NCBI GenBank assembly: GCA_036336835.1
Contig: JAYZFK010000031.1
Location: 1-43,636 of the forward strand
Length of the DNA stretch: 43,636 bases
From: Myxococcota bacterium
GTDB lineage: Bacteria; Myxococcota_A; UBA9160; UBA4427
Direction: 5' to 3'
In this document: positions 17,110 through 26,418 of the stretch, piece by piece
Position numbering within the stretch: position 1 is the stretch's first letter
Layout: every line of letters starts with the position of its first letter
Position numbers and translations under genes: made by a program
Notes under the pieces: model-generated
What the model was told of the DNA's origin: nothing
Seen by the model: only the letters and a program-made list of their open reading frames with translations
Databases searched by the model: none

Positions 17110-17520
17110 TCAGGCGGGAAGCGTCGCGACGGCGCTGATCTCCACCAGCATGCCGTCCATCGCCAGCCCCTGGACACCGATCATCGTCGAGGCGTTGGGC
17201 GGGATGGGCTGGCCATCGAGGGCCTCGGCCATCGCCCGGCCGAAGATCGCGACCTTCTCGGCGTCGATCTCGACGATGTACATGTTCGTGCTCACGATGT
17301 GATCGATGCTCCCCCCGATCGCCTCGACGGCGGTGCGGAGATTCCTGAAGGCCTGCACGACCTGCGCATACAGATCCCCCGGCCCGACGAGATTGAAGTC
17401 GGCGTCGAAAGCTCCCTGCCCCGCGATGAAGGCGATTCGTCCACCCCCGGACGACGTCACGATCTGACTGAAGGCCTCCAGCTCGAAGAGGCCATCCGGA
17501 TTGATTCGCTCGATTCCCAT
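17110..17520 (-). CDS. RidA/YjgF/UK114 family protein
   Basis: FSQIV, FIAGQ, QVVQAFRNL, ASTMIGVQGL, LVEISAVA. Confidence 0.88.
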   Translation of the reverse strand: MGIERINPDGLFELEAFSQIVTSSGGGRIAFIAGQGAFDADFNLVGPGDLYAQVVQAFRNLRTAVEAIGGSIDHIVSTNMYIVEIDAEKVAIFGRAMAEALDGQPIPPNASTMIGVQGLAMDGMLVEISAVATLPA

Positions 17521-17543
17521 TTCCAGATCCTCGGTTGCGCGGA

Positions 17544-19442
17544 TCAGCCTCCGCCGGGCGTGTACCAGATCGGCGACGTCCAGGCGCGCTCCTGGATCAC
17601 CTTGGGCACGCTCTCGTCCTCACAGGTCGACGGACGCGCCTCGCCATTGCTCGCGAGGCACATCCAGCCGGCATAGCGACAGCTCGGGTTCTCGAAGACG
17701 CGCGCGTAGTAGACGGCGCGCCTCGCCGGGTCGAAGTCCGGGTCGCGCCACACCGCACACAGGGAATCGGCGCCCGGGCCCGTCGTCTGGCAGGTCTCGA
17801 TATCGACGCCCGCTCCGTTGGCTTTGCTGCCCGCCACGTCGACCACCTGCTGGTGGAAGGTGCCATCGGCCTCCGCCCAGCCCTTGACGATCTGCACGCG
17901 CTGCAGCGGGGTGCCCGGGGCCTCGCCCGCCCCGGCATCCCGCAGGGCGGACACCGCGAAGACGGGGCCCTCCGCGTCACCCGGGCGCGCCGGCAGATCA
18001 CCGCCCATCGGCACGCCCTTCGCGTAGCCCTGCTCGGTGAGGTCACTGGCGTCGCAGAGATCGTCGGGATAGTCCCAGCCGCCGAAAAAGCGCACCGTCA
18101 TGCGCGGACCGCTCGTGCCGTAGACCTCACGTCGGCGCAGCGCGGCGAAGAGCGACTCGCGCGAATTCTCTTCGGCCCACACCGCGGCAAGTCCGCCCGG
18201 ATTGTTGCCGACGCTGGGCGGCCGGCCGATCAGTGAGATCGCTTGCGTCTCCTCGACCGGACCCGGTGCGCCGTTGTGGATGTCGGTCGCTGCGATCATG
18301 CCGAACTGGTACGGGTTCACGCCGATCCGCTCGGCTTCGCGCAGTCCCTCGATCAGGGCGTAGCGCGCGTAGTCCAGGCGCGACACGCACCCCTTGCGGG
18401 CCAGCGCACCGGCTCCCTTGCCGTCCTTGCAATCCTCGACATCGTCGCGCGAACGAATCTTCTCGAAATCGCAGTCCTCGTCCGCGCCGAGCACCTTCCA
18501 CATCTGGGCGCGACACTCGGATTCGCCCTTCTGCTGCATCATCTCGACGACGGGCTCCATGCGCGCCCGCAGCTCGGCCAGTGCGACCTGCTCGCTGCGC
18601 GAGCTTCCCTCCGGATACTCGATGGTGAACATCTGCCCGTTGCTCAGGTTCGGGTTGTGCGGGATGGCAAGAACGTCGCAGCCCTCGATTCCATCGATGC
18701 ACTGCCGGTCGAGCTCGCGCCACAGTCCCTGGGCCGTAGGCTCCTCGATGGTCGAGATCGGACGCGCTGGCACGCGGTCGCTGGCGAAGATCACGTTGCG
18801 GTGGACCTTGGTCATGTCGTCGGTCATCGTGTGCTCGTACGCGACGAAGGTGGTGAACTCGCAGCTCGCGCTGCGGTCGTTCCAGTCCGCGGCGGCGCGT
18901 TGCGTTTCCTGCCACACCTCGAGAGCGGCGTCGCGACAACGCACTCCCCCGGGCCCGCATACAGCCTCGGATCGCAGGCTGTCGATGCGCTGGACGATGT
19001 CGCGGGTGCCCGCCTCGAGTCCAGCGGGCCGAAACGGACGGCGGTATTGCACGCACACGTCGCTTCCATAGACAGGCGATTGCGGGTCCGTACACAGCCG
19101 AACGCCTCCGAAGCTGTGTGCGTGATCCGTGACGGCCGCGAAGTCGAGCGGGCGCTCGATCGTGAGCGGCGTGGTGCCGGCGCCCGCCGCATCGAGCGGG
19201 GCGAGCATCACCTGCTCGCCGCGAGCAAACCGGTAGGCGTCCGCGGGCCGCAGTCGCGTCGCGAAGATCCAGGCGTCCATCGAGATCGCCGTGTGGACGT
19301 GAAGATCGCCCCAGTGGACGCTGCGCAGCGGATCGGAATCGAGGCAGCGGCGCGTCTCGCCGGCGCGGGCCTCGGCCCCGGTGATCCACAGGGTCAGCGT
19401 CGCGATGCAGGCGACGAGCCACGGCGTCGTGAAGGTCGGCAT
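17544..19442 (-). CDS. DUF3604 domain-containing secreted protein (PHP-like metal-binding)
   Basis: Signal peptide, WGDLHVHTAISMDA, LDFAAVTDH, HRNVIF, IPHNPNLSNG, ATDIH, RREVYGTSGPR, YYARVFENPSCR, QERAWTSPIWY. Alternative start 19460. Confidence 0.88.
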   Translation of the reverse strand: MPTFTTPWLVACIATLTLWITGAEARAGETRRCLDSDPLRSVHWGDLHVHTAISMDAWIFATRLRPADAYRFARGEQVMLAPLDAAGAGTTPLTIERPLDFAAVTDHAHSFGGVRLCTDPQSPVYGSDVCVQYRRPFRPAGLEAGTRDIVQRIDSLRSEAVCGPGGVRCRDAALEVWQETQRAAADWNDRSASCEFTTFVAYEHTMTDDMTKVHRNVIFASDRVPARPISTIEEPTAQGLWRELDRQCIDGIEGCDVLAIPHNPNLSNGQMFTIEYPEGSSRSEQVALAELRARMEPVVEMMQQKGESECRAQMWKVLGADEDCDFEKIRSRDDVEDCKDGKGAGALARKGCVSRLDYARYALIEGLREAERIGVNPYQFGMIAATDIHNGAPGPVEETQAISLIGRPPSVGNNPGGLAAVWAEENSRESLFAALRRREVYGTSGPRMTVRFFGGWDYPDDLCDASDLTEQGYAKGVPMGGDLPARPGDAEGPVFAVSALRDAGAGEAPGTPLQRVQIVKGWAEADGTFHQQVVDVAGSKANGAGVDIETCQTTGPGADSLCAVWRDPDFDPARRAVYYARVFENPSCRYAGWMCLASNGEARPSTCEDESVPKVIQERAWTSPIWYTPGGG

Positions 19443-19452
19443 CGAATGATGG

Positions 19453-20661
19453 CTAGGCATGGCCCACGGCCGAGAACGGCAAGCTCTCGTAGCGCCGCGT
19501 GAAGGCGCCGCCCGCGTAGCGGCCGCGCTCGGGATCGACGCTGAACTCGGGACAGCGGGCGAGCAGCTCCTCCAGTGCGATCGTCGTCTCCAGCCGCGCC
19601 GCAGCCGCGCCGATGCAGAAATGGGGCCCGTAGCTGAACGTGAGATGACGCCGGATCTTGCGGCTCGGGTCACAGCTGGCCGCGTCGGGGCCGAACTCGC
19701 TCTCGTCGCGGTTCGCCGAGCCGTAGAGCAGCAGCACTTTTCGGCCCTCGGGAATCGCCACCCCCTCGATCTCGACGTCTCGCGTCAGGGTTCGCGTAAG
19801 CCCCTGTACCGGGGAGGTGAGGCGCAGGAACTCCTCGATCGCGCGGGGCAGTTGGGTCGCATCCTCGCGAAGCCTCGCGCGCACCTCGGGGTATTGCGTC
19901 AGCAGCTCTGCCGACCCGCCGAGCAGGCCGGTGACGGTGTCGTTACCACCGGTCACCATCGTGAAGCCCATCCCGATCATCTTGGCCATCGAGACGGCTT
20001 CACCGTTGCCCAGCTTCCCGTGCACCAGCGCGGAGAGCATGTCGTCCTTCGGCGCGCTGCGGCGCTCTTCGATCAACCCGCTGAAGTAGGCGACCATCTC
20101 GCCCACGGCTTCCTGAGCATTCAGCACGTCGCCCTGTGCGTTGGCCGCCACGGTGCTCTGAGTCCAGCGGTCGAACAGCGCGCGGTCCTCGCGCGGCACG
20201 CCGAGAAAGTGCGCAACGACCAGACTCGGGAGCGGCTTGAACAGCTCCTCGACGATGTCGGCCTCGCCCATCTCGCGCATCTTCTCGACACGCTCCACGA
20301 CGAACTCGCGCACCATCGGCTCGAGCGCGCGAACCTGCCGCGGCGTGAACTGCTTGATCGCCAGCTTGCGGAGCGACGTGTGCTCGGGCGGATCCATCAT
20401 CACGATGGGAGACTCGAGCCCGAGCTTCTCCATGTCGCCGTACGCGAAGGTGAGGCCCGACGCCGACGAGAAGGTCCCGGCATCCACCGCAGCCGCGAAC
20501 ACGTCCTGGAAGCGAGACAGCACCCAGTAGTCCTGCCCCTCGCCGTTGTCGGGGACGCGGTGCACGGGGTCGTGCTCGCGCAACGCCTCGTACATCGGGA
20601 AGGGATCGCGCCAGCTCTCGCCACCGCCGGGTTGGAAAATGGTCTGATCGGGACTGGACAT
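19453..20661 (-). CDS. Cytochrome P450, CYP130-like
   Basis: MDPPEH, I-helix FTMVTGGNDTVTG, EEFLR (ExxR), FSYGPHFCIG haem Cys. End-to-end resemblance to mycobacterial CYP130 as recalled. ATG 20661 with GGAGG RBS. Confidence 0.93.
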   Translation of the reverse strand: MSSPDQTIFQPGGGESWRDPFPMYEALREHDPVHRVPDNGEGQDYWVLSRFQDVFAAAVDAGTFSSASGLTFAYGDMEKLGLESPIVMMDPPEHTSLRKLAIKQFTPRQVRALEPMVREFVVERVEKMREMGEADIVEELFKPLPSLVVAHFLGVPREDRALFDRWTQSTVAANAQGDVLNAQEAVGEMVAYFSGLIEERRSAPKDDMLSALVHGKLGNGEAVSMAKMIGMGFTMVTGGNDTVTGLLGGSAELLTQYPEVRARLREDATQLPRAIEEFLRLTSPVQGLTRTLTRDVEIEGVAIPEGRKVLLLYGSANRDESEFGPDAASCDPSRKIRRHLTFSYGPHFCIGAAAARLETTIALEELLARCPEFSVDPERGRYAGGAFTRRYESLPFSAVGHA

Positions 20662-20738
20662 ATCAACCTCCGCGATGAACGCGTTGTCGAACGAGCCGTC
20701 GGAAATATCGGGGATACCGGTCGAACAGCATCTGCCCA

Positions 20739-21887
20739 TCAGCCCCCGAGGCCCAGGATCTGCTGGGCGTTGAGGATGAAGTTGCCGTCGTCGAAGACCT
20801 GGTGGCCTGCGCCAACGTAGATGTCGCGGAAGCAGCGCTGGAGGGTGCTCGGGTTGCGAATGCCGGCGCTGCCTGACGTCTCCCAGGCCCAGACCACGGC
20901 CGCCTTCGCAACGCGCACGGCATAGGACGCGTCCGCCATCGCCGTCCGGACCCGCTCGTCCGAGAGCCCCGGCGGTTGGCCTGCTGCGCATGCGTCGACG
21001 GCGTCGGCGAAGGTGCGGTGCGCGAGCAGCCGTGCCGACTTGATCGCAGAGTGATGGAAGCCCCAGTCTCGTTGGAAGTTCGGCTGCTCGAGCAGCGGCG
21101 CCGAGCCCAGCCGGGTGCGCCCGCCCTTGGCGATGCCCTCGATCTCGGCCAGCGCCCGGCGCGCGGTGCCGAGCGCCCAGGCGCACGAGCCCGCGACGCC
21201 GAAGGTGAGTGGTCCGATGCCGTAGACGTGGTTGCCCGTCAGCGGCGTCGCACCGAAGAGCGGGAAGCAGGCGCCCTCGTCGACGAACTGCTCTGGAACA
21301 TCGTAGTCATAGCTGCCGGTGCCGCGCAGACCCATGACGTCCCAGTTGCCCTTCAGCTCGACGCGGTCGAGCGGCAGCACGAAGGCGAGGATGGGCGAAG
21401 CGCCCCCCGGCACCGGGGCCGGCTGGCCATCGACGAGCCGCATCGCGCCGCCGCCGATGAAGTCTGCGTGGCCCGAGCCGCTGCCGAACTTGAAGCTGCC
21501 CTGGATGCGGTAGCCGCCGGGCTCGGGGATGGCGGTGCCCATCGGCGCGAACATCCCCGCCGCGGTGCGTCCCTCGGCCAGCGCACGGCCGAACTCCGGC
21601 GCCATGTAGGCCGCATAGGCACCGACCGTGATGTTCTGCGCGTACGCCCAGCCAACCGACCCGTCGGCGAACGAGAGCTCCTCGCACACGTCGATCACGG
21701 TGCTCGGATGGGCCTCGGCCCCGCCGAAGGCCCTGGGTGTGGTCAGCTTGAACAGGCCCGAGTCGACGAAGCCGTCGACGATCTTGGGCGTCATCGTGGA
21801 CGCGGCTTCGACTGCCTCGGCTTCGGATTCGATCAGCTCGCGAAGGCTGCGGGCTGCCGCCAGCGCGTCGGATTCCTGCAGGGGCAT
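20739..21887 (-). CDS. Acyl-CoA dehydrogenase-fold flavin-dependent monooxygenase (HsaA/IacA-like oxygenase component)
   Basis: PRAFGG, DGSVGW, GYRIQGSFKFGSGS, WDVMGLRGTGS, LQRCFRDIYVGAGH. Confidence 0.87.
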   Translation of the reverse strand: MPLQESDALAAARSLRELIESEAEAVEAASTMTPKIVDGFVDSGLFKLTTPRAFGGAEAHPSTVIDVCEELSFADGSVGWAYAQNITVGAYAAYMAPEFGRALAEGRTAAGMFAPMGTAIPEPGGYRIQGSFKFGSGSGHADFIGGGAMRLVDGQPAPVPGGASPILAFVLPLDRVELKGNWDVMGLRGTGSYDYDVPEQFVDEGACFPLFGATPLTGNHVYGIGPLTFGVAGSCAWALGTARRALAEIEGIAKGGRTRLGSAPLLEQPNFQRDWGFHHSAIKSARLLAHRTFADAVDACAAGQPPGLSDERVRTAMADASYAVRVAKAAVVWAWETSGSAGIRNPSTLQRCFRDIYVGAGHQVFDDGNFILNAQQILGLGG

Positions 21888-21966
21888 GGGCGTCCTGGTT
21901 CGGGTTCGAGGGTTGTGGGCGACCTATCTTATCCGACCGGCCGGCCCTGGCGCCCGAGGCCGTCGG

Positions 21967-22914
21967 CTAGACGAGAGCGGCCAGTCGCTCGGCGGTGAAC
22001 TCCCACGTCGAGGCCTCGAACGACAGCGGCGCAGCCAGCAGGTCCGTCATGCCAGCGGCTTCGAGCTCGCGGAGCTGATCGGCGACGCTGTCTTCGTCGC
22101 CGATCAGGCACACGTCCGAAGCGCGTCGCGCCCCGCCCAGCTCGAGCATGCGCTGGTAACGCGGAAGCGATTCGTAGATGCCGAAGTGCTGCTGCGCGTA
22201 CTCGCGCGCGGCGGCGACATCGCGGGTCACGATGACGGGCAGGACACCGGCGATCCGAGGCGCGGGGCGGCCCGCCGCTTGCGCCGCGCTGCGAATCGCA
22301 GGCGCGATCACGCGATCGATCGCGCGCGCGTTCGACCACGTGGCGATCGTGCCATCTGCAAAGGCACCCGCCGCGCGCAACATGTGAGGACCCAGCGCGC
22401 CGACCAGGATCGAGCCCAGGCTCTGTGCGCCGGGCGTTCCGTAGATCGAGCCAACCCGAAAGAAGTCGCCCTCGAACTGCACGAACCCGGCCTGCTCTCG
22501 CTCGCCCGAGGGCGCGGCGCCTGCGGCCAGAGCTGGCCCCAGCACCTCGAGGTATTCGCGAACGTGACGGGCGGGGCGCTCGTAGGCCAGCCCGTGCATA
22601 CCAATCACGGCTTCGTTCGAGCAGCCAATTCCGAGATGAATCGGGCGCCCCACCGCAGCCTGCACCGTAGCCGCCTGCCGAGCCAGAGCGAGGGGATGCA
22701 TGAAGTAGGTGGGGATGACCGCCGTGCCCAGCTCGATGCGCGTGGTGGCCTCGCCCGCGGCCTGGATCGCGGTGAGCGCGTCCAGCGCCCACGGCAGGTA
22801 CGGCGCCCAGCCGACGGCATAGCCGAGCGCTTCGGCGCGAACCGCACGCGCGCGCACCTGTTCGATCGGTGAGGCGCTGCCCCACGTTTCCGAGACGAAG
22901 ATCCCGATGCGCAC
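21967..22914 (-). CDS. LLM class oxidoreductase, probably F420-dependent (MSMEG_4879-like)
   Basis: MRIGIF, DALTAI, RIELGTAVIPTY, HPLALARQAAT, LGIGCS, GALGPHMLRAAG..ADGT. Confidence 0.85.
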   Translation of the reverse strand: MRIGIFVSETWGSASPIEQVRARAVRAEALGYAVGWAPYLPWALDALTAIQAAGEATTRIELGTAVIPTYFMHPLALARQAATVQAAVGRPIHLGIGCSNEAVIGMHGLAYERPARHVREYLEVLGPALAAGAAPSGEREQAGFVQFEGDFFRVGSIYGTPGAQSLGSILVGALGPHMLRAAGAFADGTIATWSNARAIDRVIAPAIRSAAQAAGRPAPRIAGVLPVIVTRDVAAAREYAQQHFGIYESLPRYQRMLELGGARRASDVCLIGDEDSVADQLRELEAAGMTDLLAAPLSFEASTWEFTAERLAALV

Positions 22915-22993
22915 GCGGTCGGTCCGCTCTCGCCAGCTCGCGCTGCCATGCGCGACGCGTACGTCGCGCCGTTCGAGGCGACGCTCGCCCGAA

Positions 22994-23410
22994 TCAGTCG
23001 CCCCGGCCAGGACCGCTGAGCGCGGGAGCCTCTCCGTGGTGCTCGAGGATTTCGACCTGATAGCCGTCGGGATCCGGGACGAACGCGGCGGTCACGGGCC
23101 AGTCCTTGAGCTGCTCCGGCGGCGAGATCGACTCGATGCCCGCGTCCATGCAACGCTGATACAACCCCTTGCAATCGTCGGTGTCCAGATACAGCTTCCA
23201 GAAGCCGTTGCCGTGGTCGATCGGGCCCTCCCGGTCGTGGTGTTTGGCGAGCTGGATCCGGTTGCCGCTCTCTCCCCCGAGTACCACCTCGGTGAATCCG
23301 GGGGTTTCGATTCGATGGGTGATCTTGAGTCCGAGCACCGTCTCGTAGAAGTGCACGGATTTGTCGAGATCGGTCACGTTGATGCAGTACTGATCGATGC
23401 TCGTCTTCAT
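22994..23410 (-). CDS. VOC/glyoxalase family protein
   Basis: INVTDLDKSVHFYETVLGL, DHGNGF, AFVPDPDGYQVEIL. Confidence 0.88.
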   Translation of the reverse strand: MKTSIDQYCINVTDLDKSVHFYETVLGLKITHRIETPGFTEVVLGGESGNRIQLAKHHDREGPIDHGNGFWKLYLDTDDCKGLYQRCMDAGIESISPPEQLKDWPVTAAFVPDPDGYQVEILEHHGEAPALSGPGRGD

Positions 23411-23634
23411 GGCTTGGCTGTCCTCTCCGATTCGAACATTGGCTTGCGGGTAGCATCTCACAGCAGCGGGCAACAGTCTCTCCCGGCGCTCTCTCCAGGG
23501 GGCCGAGCCCCTCCCACCGGAGCCAAACGCAAACTCGACAACCGGTCAAGCGGGCGCCCCCAAAGGCCCTCCGCCAGGTTCTCGATTGCTATCGTGCGGC
23601 CCGAGCATCGAGCCGCACGAGAGGATCCGCCGAG

Positions 23635-23838
23635 ATGTCTCATCCCGCCCTCGCCCCCGGTCGCGTCGCACTCGTCGCGGCGCATCTACTCGTTCCCGGC
23701 TTCACCACGACGGGCGATCGAGAGATGGATCGCAAGCGTGGGCTGTGGGGCGCGATGGACATCAGCGAAAAGCGGCCTCCGCTCTCGCGTTGGCATCCCG
23801 ACTATCAGAACGAACTCGACGCGCTCGAGCCGTCGTGA
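23635..23838 (+). pseudogene. 67-aa telescoped relic (or mini-protein) of an SDR oxidoreductase
   Basis: MSHPALAPGRVALV | AAHLLVPGFTTTGDRE | MDRKRGLWGAMDISEKRPPLSRWHPDY match the N-terminal, late-middle and C-terminal patches of a recalled SDR subfamily. TGxxxGxG and YxxxK are absent; RBS, ATG and frame are intact. Confidence 0.7.
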
Positions 23839-25010
23839 TCCAGCGCCGCCTCGCTCCTCTCTTCCTCACCTCCTTCGTGCTGACCGCGGGCTACGGCTCG
23901 ATCTACACGCTGCTGGCGGTGATCCGGGAGCAGTTCGGCTTCAGCGCGACCTCGATCGGCGTGATCGGCGCGGCGGGCTTCCTGGCGGGCTTCTCGGCCC
24001 AGGTCGCCCTGTCGCGCTATGCCGATCGTGGCCATACCCGTTCGATGCTCGTGCTCGGACTCGGCTTCGCAATACTCGGAAACCTGGGGATGGTCGCCGC
24101 CGCGGACCTGACGGCCTTCATCGCATCGCGCGTGCTGCTCGGGCTGGGCGCCGGCGCCTTCTCGCCGGCGGTCCGTCGGCTCGTGATCAGCGCAGACCCG
24201 GCCAGGGCGGGCGAGCGCCTCGGCTTCATGGCTTCGTTCGAGATGGCGGGATTCATCTCAGGGCCGGTGCTCGCTTCGGCGCTCTACGAAGCGTTCGGAC
24301 TTCGGGCCACCTTCGTCGTGCTGGCGTCGCTGCTCGCGCTGCTCGTCGTGCCCGTGCTTCGGACGCCGATCCCGTCGGCGGTGCGCACGCGATCTGACGA
24401 GAGCCCGCTGCGCATCCTGTTCGGGCTGCGCGCGGTGCGAGGAACCCTGTTCTGCAGTCTCGCCTTCTACACGACGATCGGCGTCTTCGAAGCGATCTGG
24501 GCCCTGCTGCTCGCCGATCGAGGGGCGAGTCAGCTCTTCATCGGGGCGACGCTCAGCGTGTTCAGCATTCCGATGCTCGTCTTCCCACCCTTTGCCGGCC
24601 GCCTCGCCCATCGGCGGGGTCCGCTGCGCATCGCCGCGTTCGGCATCGCTTTCGCGATTCCCTGCATGCTCGCCTACGGCTGGCTCGAGAGCCTGATCGG
24701 GTTGGCGGTGGTCGTCGCCATTCACTCGATCGCGGATTCGTTCACGATGCCCTCGCTCCAGCTCGCGGTTGCACAGGGGAGCCCACCCGAGCATCTGGCG
24801 TCGGGCCAGGGACTGATCGGAGCGGCGGGACAACTGACGGCGGCGGCGACGGCGCTGGGCTCCGGCTGGCTCTACGGCGGGTTCGGAGCGGAGGTGCTGT
24901 TCGGGGGGGCGGCCGCGTTGATGGCGATCCTGCTGGCGGTCGGACTGTGGCAGGGCGCGGAGCTCCTGGTCCCGGCTGCCGACCCGCCCCGCGCTCCCTC
25001 GCCGTCTTGA
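23835..25010 (+). CDS. MFS transporter
   Basis: About 12 TM helices, SRYADRGHTR and GRLAHRRGPLR loop motifs, RVLLGLGAG. The GTG start overlaps the stop of the SDR relic (GTGA). Confidence 0.9.
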   Translation: MIQRRLAPLFLTSFVLTAGYGSIYTLLAVIREQFGFSATSIGVIGAAGFLAGFSAQVALSRYADRGHTRSMLVLGLGFAILGNLGMVAAADLTAFIASRVLLGLGAGAFSPAVRRLVISADPARAGERLGFMASFEMAGFISGPVLASALYEAFGLRATFVVLASLLALLVVPVLRTPIPSAVRTRSDESPLRILFGLRAVRGTLFCSLAFYTTIGVFEAIWALLLADRGASQLFIGATLSVFSIPMLVFPPFAGRLAHRRGPLRIAAFGIAFAIPCMLAYGWLESLIGLAVVVAIHSIADSFTMPSLQLAVAQGSPPEHLASGQGLIGAAGQLTAAATALGSGWLYGGFGAEVLFGGAAALMAILLAVGLWQGAELLVPAADPPRAPSPS

Positions 25011-25120
25011 ATGCCGAAGCTCGACCCCTGCGCTAACACATCGCGCACCGGCCCGTCGGCGCACCACACGCCATCGACGTCGCGGACCGCGTCGGCGTCG
25101 TCGAGCGGAGAATTCGAGTC

Positions 25121-26320
25121 ATGAGCGACATCCACTTCTCGGCAGTGCCGTTCGAGGTCCGCGAGGAGATCGCCGAAGCGCATCGCGCGGCCTGGGAGCG
25201 GCTGGCGGCGCCCGGCAACTGGTGGACGGGGGCCGAGCGGGTCGCGCTCGCGAGCGAGGTGCGTCAGGCGGAGCATTGCGCATGCTGCTGCGAGAGCAGG
25301 GAGTCGCGCACGCCCGCCGCGGCAGCGCTCCGGCACGACTCGGTGACCGATCTGCCCGACGCGGCGATCGACGTGGTGCACCGGGTGGTCACGGATCCCG
25401 GCGGGTTGAGCCGCGGCTGGTACCAGCAGAAGCTGGACGAAGGGCTGAGCGACGCGCAATACGTCGAGATCATCGGCGTCGTCGTCACGCTGGTCAGCAT
25501 CGACACGGTGTGCCGCGGTCTCGGCGAGCCGCTCCATCCGCTGCCCCGGCCCGTCGCCGGCGAGCCGTCCGGCTACCGTCCCGCGCAGGCGCGGCTCGAG
25601 GAAGCCTGGGTTCCGATGATTCCCGGCGGCGGCGCCGTTGGAAGAGAGGCCGACCTGTGGCGCCTCCGCAGGACCGGCAACGTAATCCGAGCGATGAGTC
25701 TGGTACCCGATGCCGTTAGGCAGCTGATGGAGCTCTCGGACGTGCACTACCTCCCGCCCGATCGGATCGTCGACCTGCGCGCCGGACGAGCGATCGACCG
25801 CGCCCAGATCGAGCTGGTCGCCGGGCGCGTGTCGGCGCTCAACGAGTGCTTCTACTGAACCAGCGCGCACTCGATGGCGCTCCGGGTGAGCGCCGAGCTC
25901 ACGGGCCAGGAGGTCGACCTGAGCGCGGTGACCGACGCCGCGGCGAGTGCGTCGAGCGGCGTCGCGCGGGCCGAGGAGTTGATCGGCTTCACGGACGCCC
26001 TGGTGAGGGGCAGTGACGCGGAGCTCTCGCGGGCGCGGACGCGCCTGCTCTCGGCGATCGGTGCCGAGGGCCTCGTCGATACGGCAGCGGTCGTGGGCAA
26101 CTTCCAGCGAATGGTCCGGATCGCCGACTCGACCGGGATCCCGCTGGATCGTGCACTCGACGTCTTGTCGAAGGACGTTCGCGACGAGCTCCGTCTCGAG
26201 CGCTTCGGCTCGGCGCGCAATACGCGCTCCGCCTCACCGCTGTTGCGAGCGGCGGGGCGAGTCGTGCGGCCGCTGCTCCACGGCTGGCTTCGCACTCTCG
26301 GCCGAAATCAGCGAGGCTGA
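25121..26320 (+). CDS. AhpD/carboxymuconolactone decarboxylase-like selenoprotein (CxxU; Sec at TGA 25856-25858), 399 aa
   Basis: ORFs 25121-25858 and 25874-26320 are in one frame, separated only by TGA plus 5 sense codons: ...QIELVAGRVSALNECFY-U-TSAH.... The TGA sits at the second Cys of the AhpD CxxC...H motif, and a SECIS-like hairpin follows. Confidence 0.85.
25870..25897 (+). promoter_or_regulatory. Candidate bacterial SECIS element
   Basis: GGCGCTC (25876-82) / GAGCGCC (25888-94) perfect stem with loop CGGGT (G at position 2). The loop starts 24 nt after the UGA; lower stem CTC/GAG. Confidence 0.7.
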
Positions 26321-26418
26321 AGATTCCGAGGAGCCGATCCGCAGTCATGCGAGCCGTCGAGTCTGTATGATACGCGTGGCACGTCAGGCGGACTCGGCAC
26401 GATCAACAAGGGACAGCC

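Noticed and set aside
20662..21186. Extended P450 N-terminus (577 aa)
   Set aside because: Overlaps the monooxygenase out of frame; the RBS and homology support ATG 20661.
25874..26320. Independent 148-aa gene
   Set aside because: Better explained as the C-terminal part of the selenoprotein: same frame, motif continuity, start codon at the base of the SECIS-like hairpin, no clear RBS.
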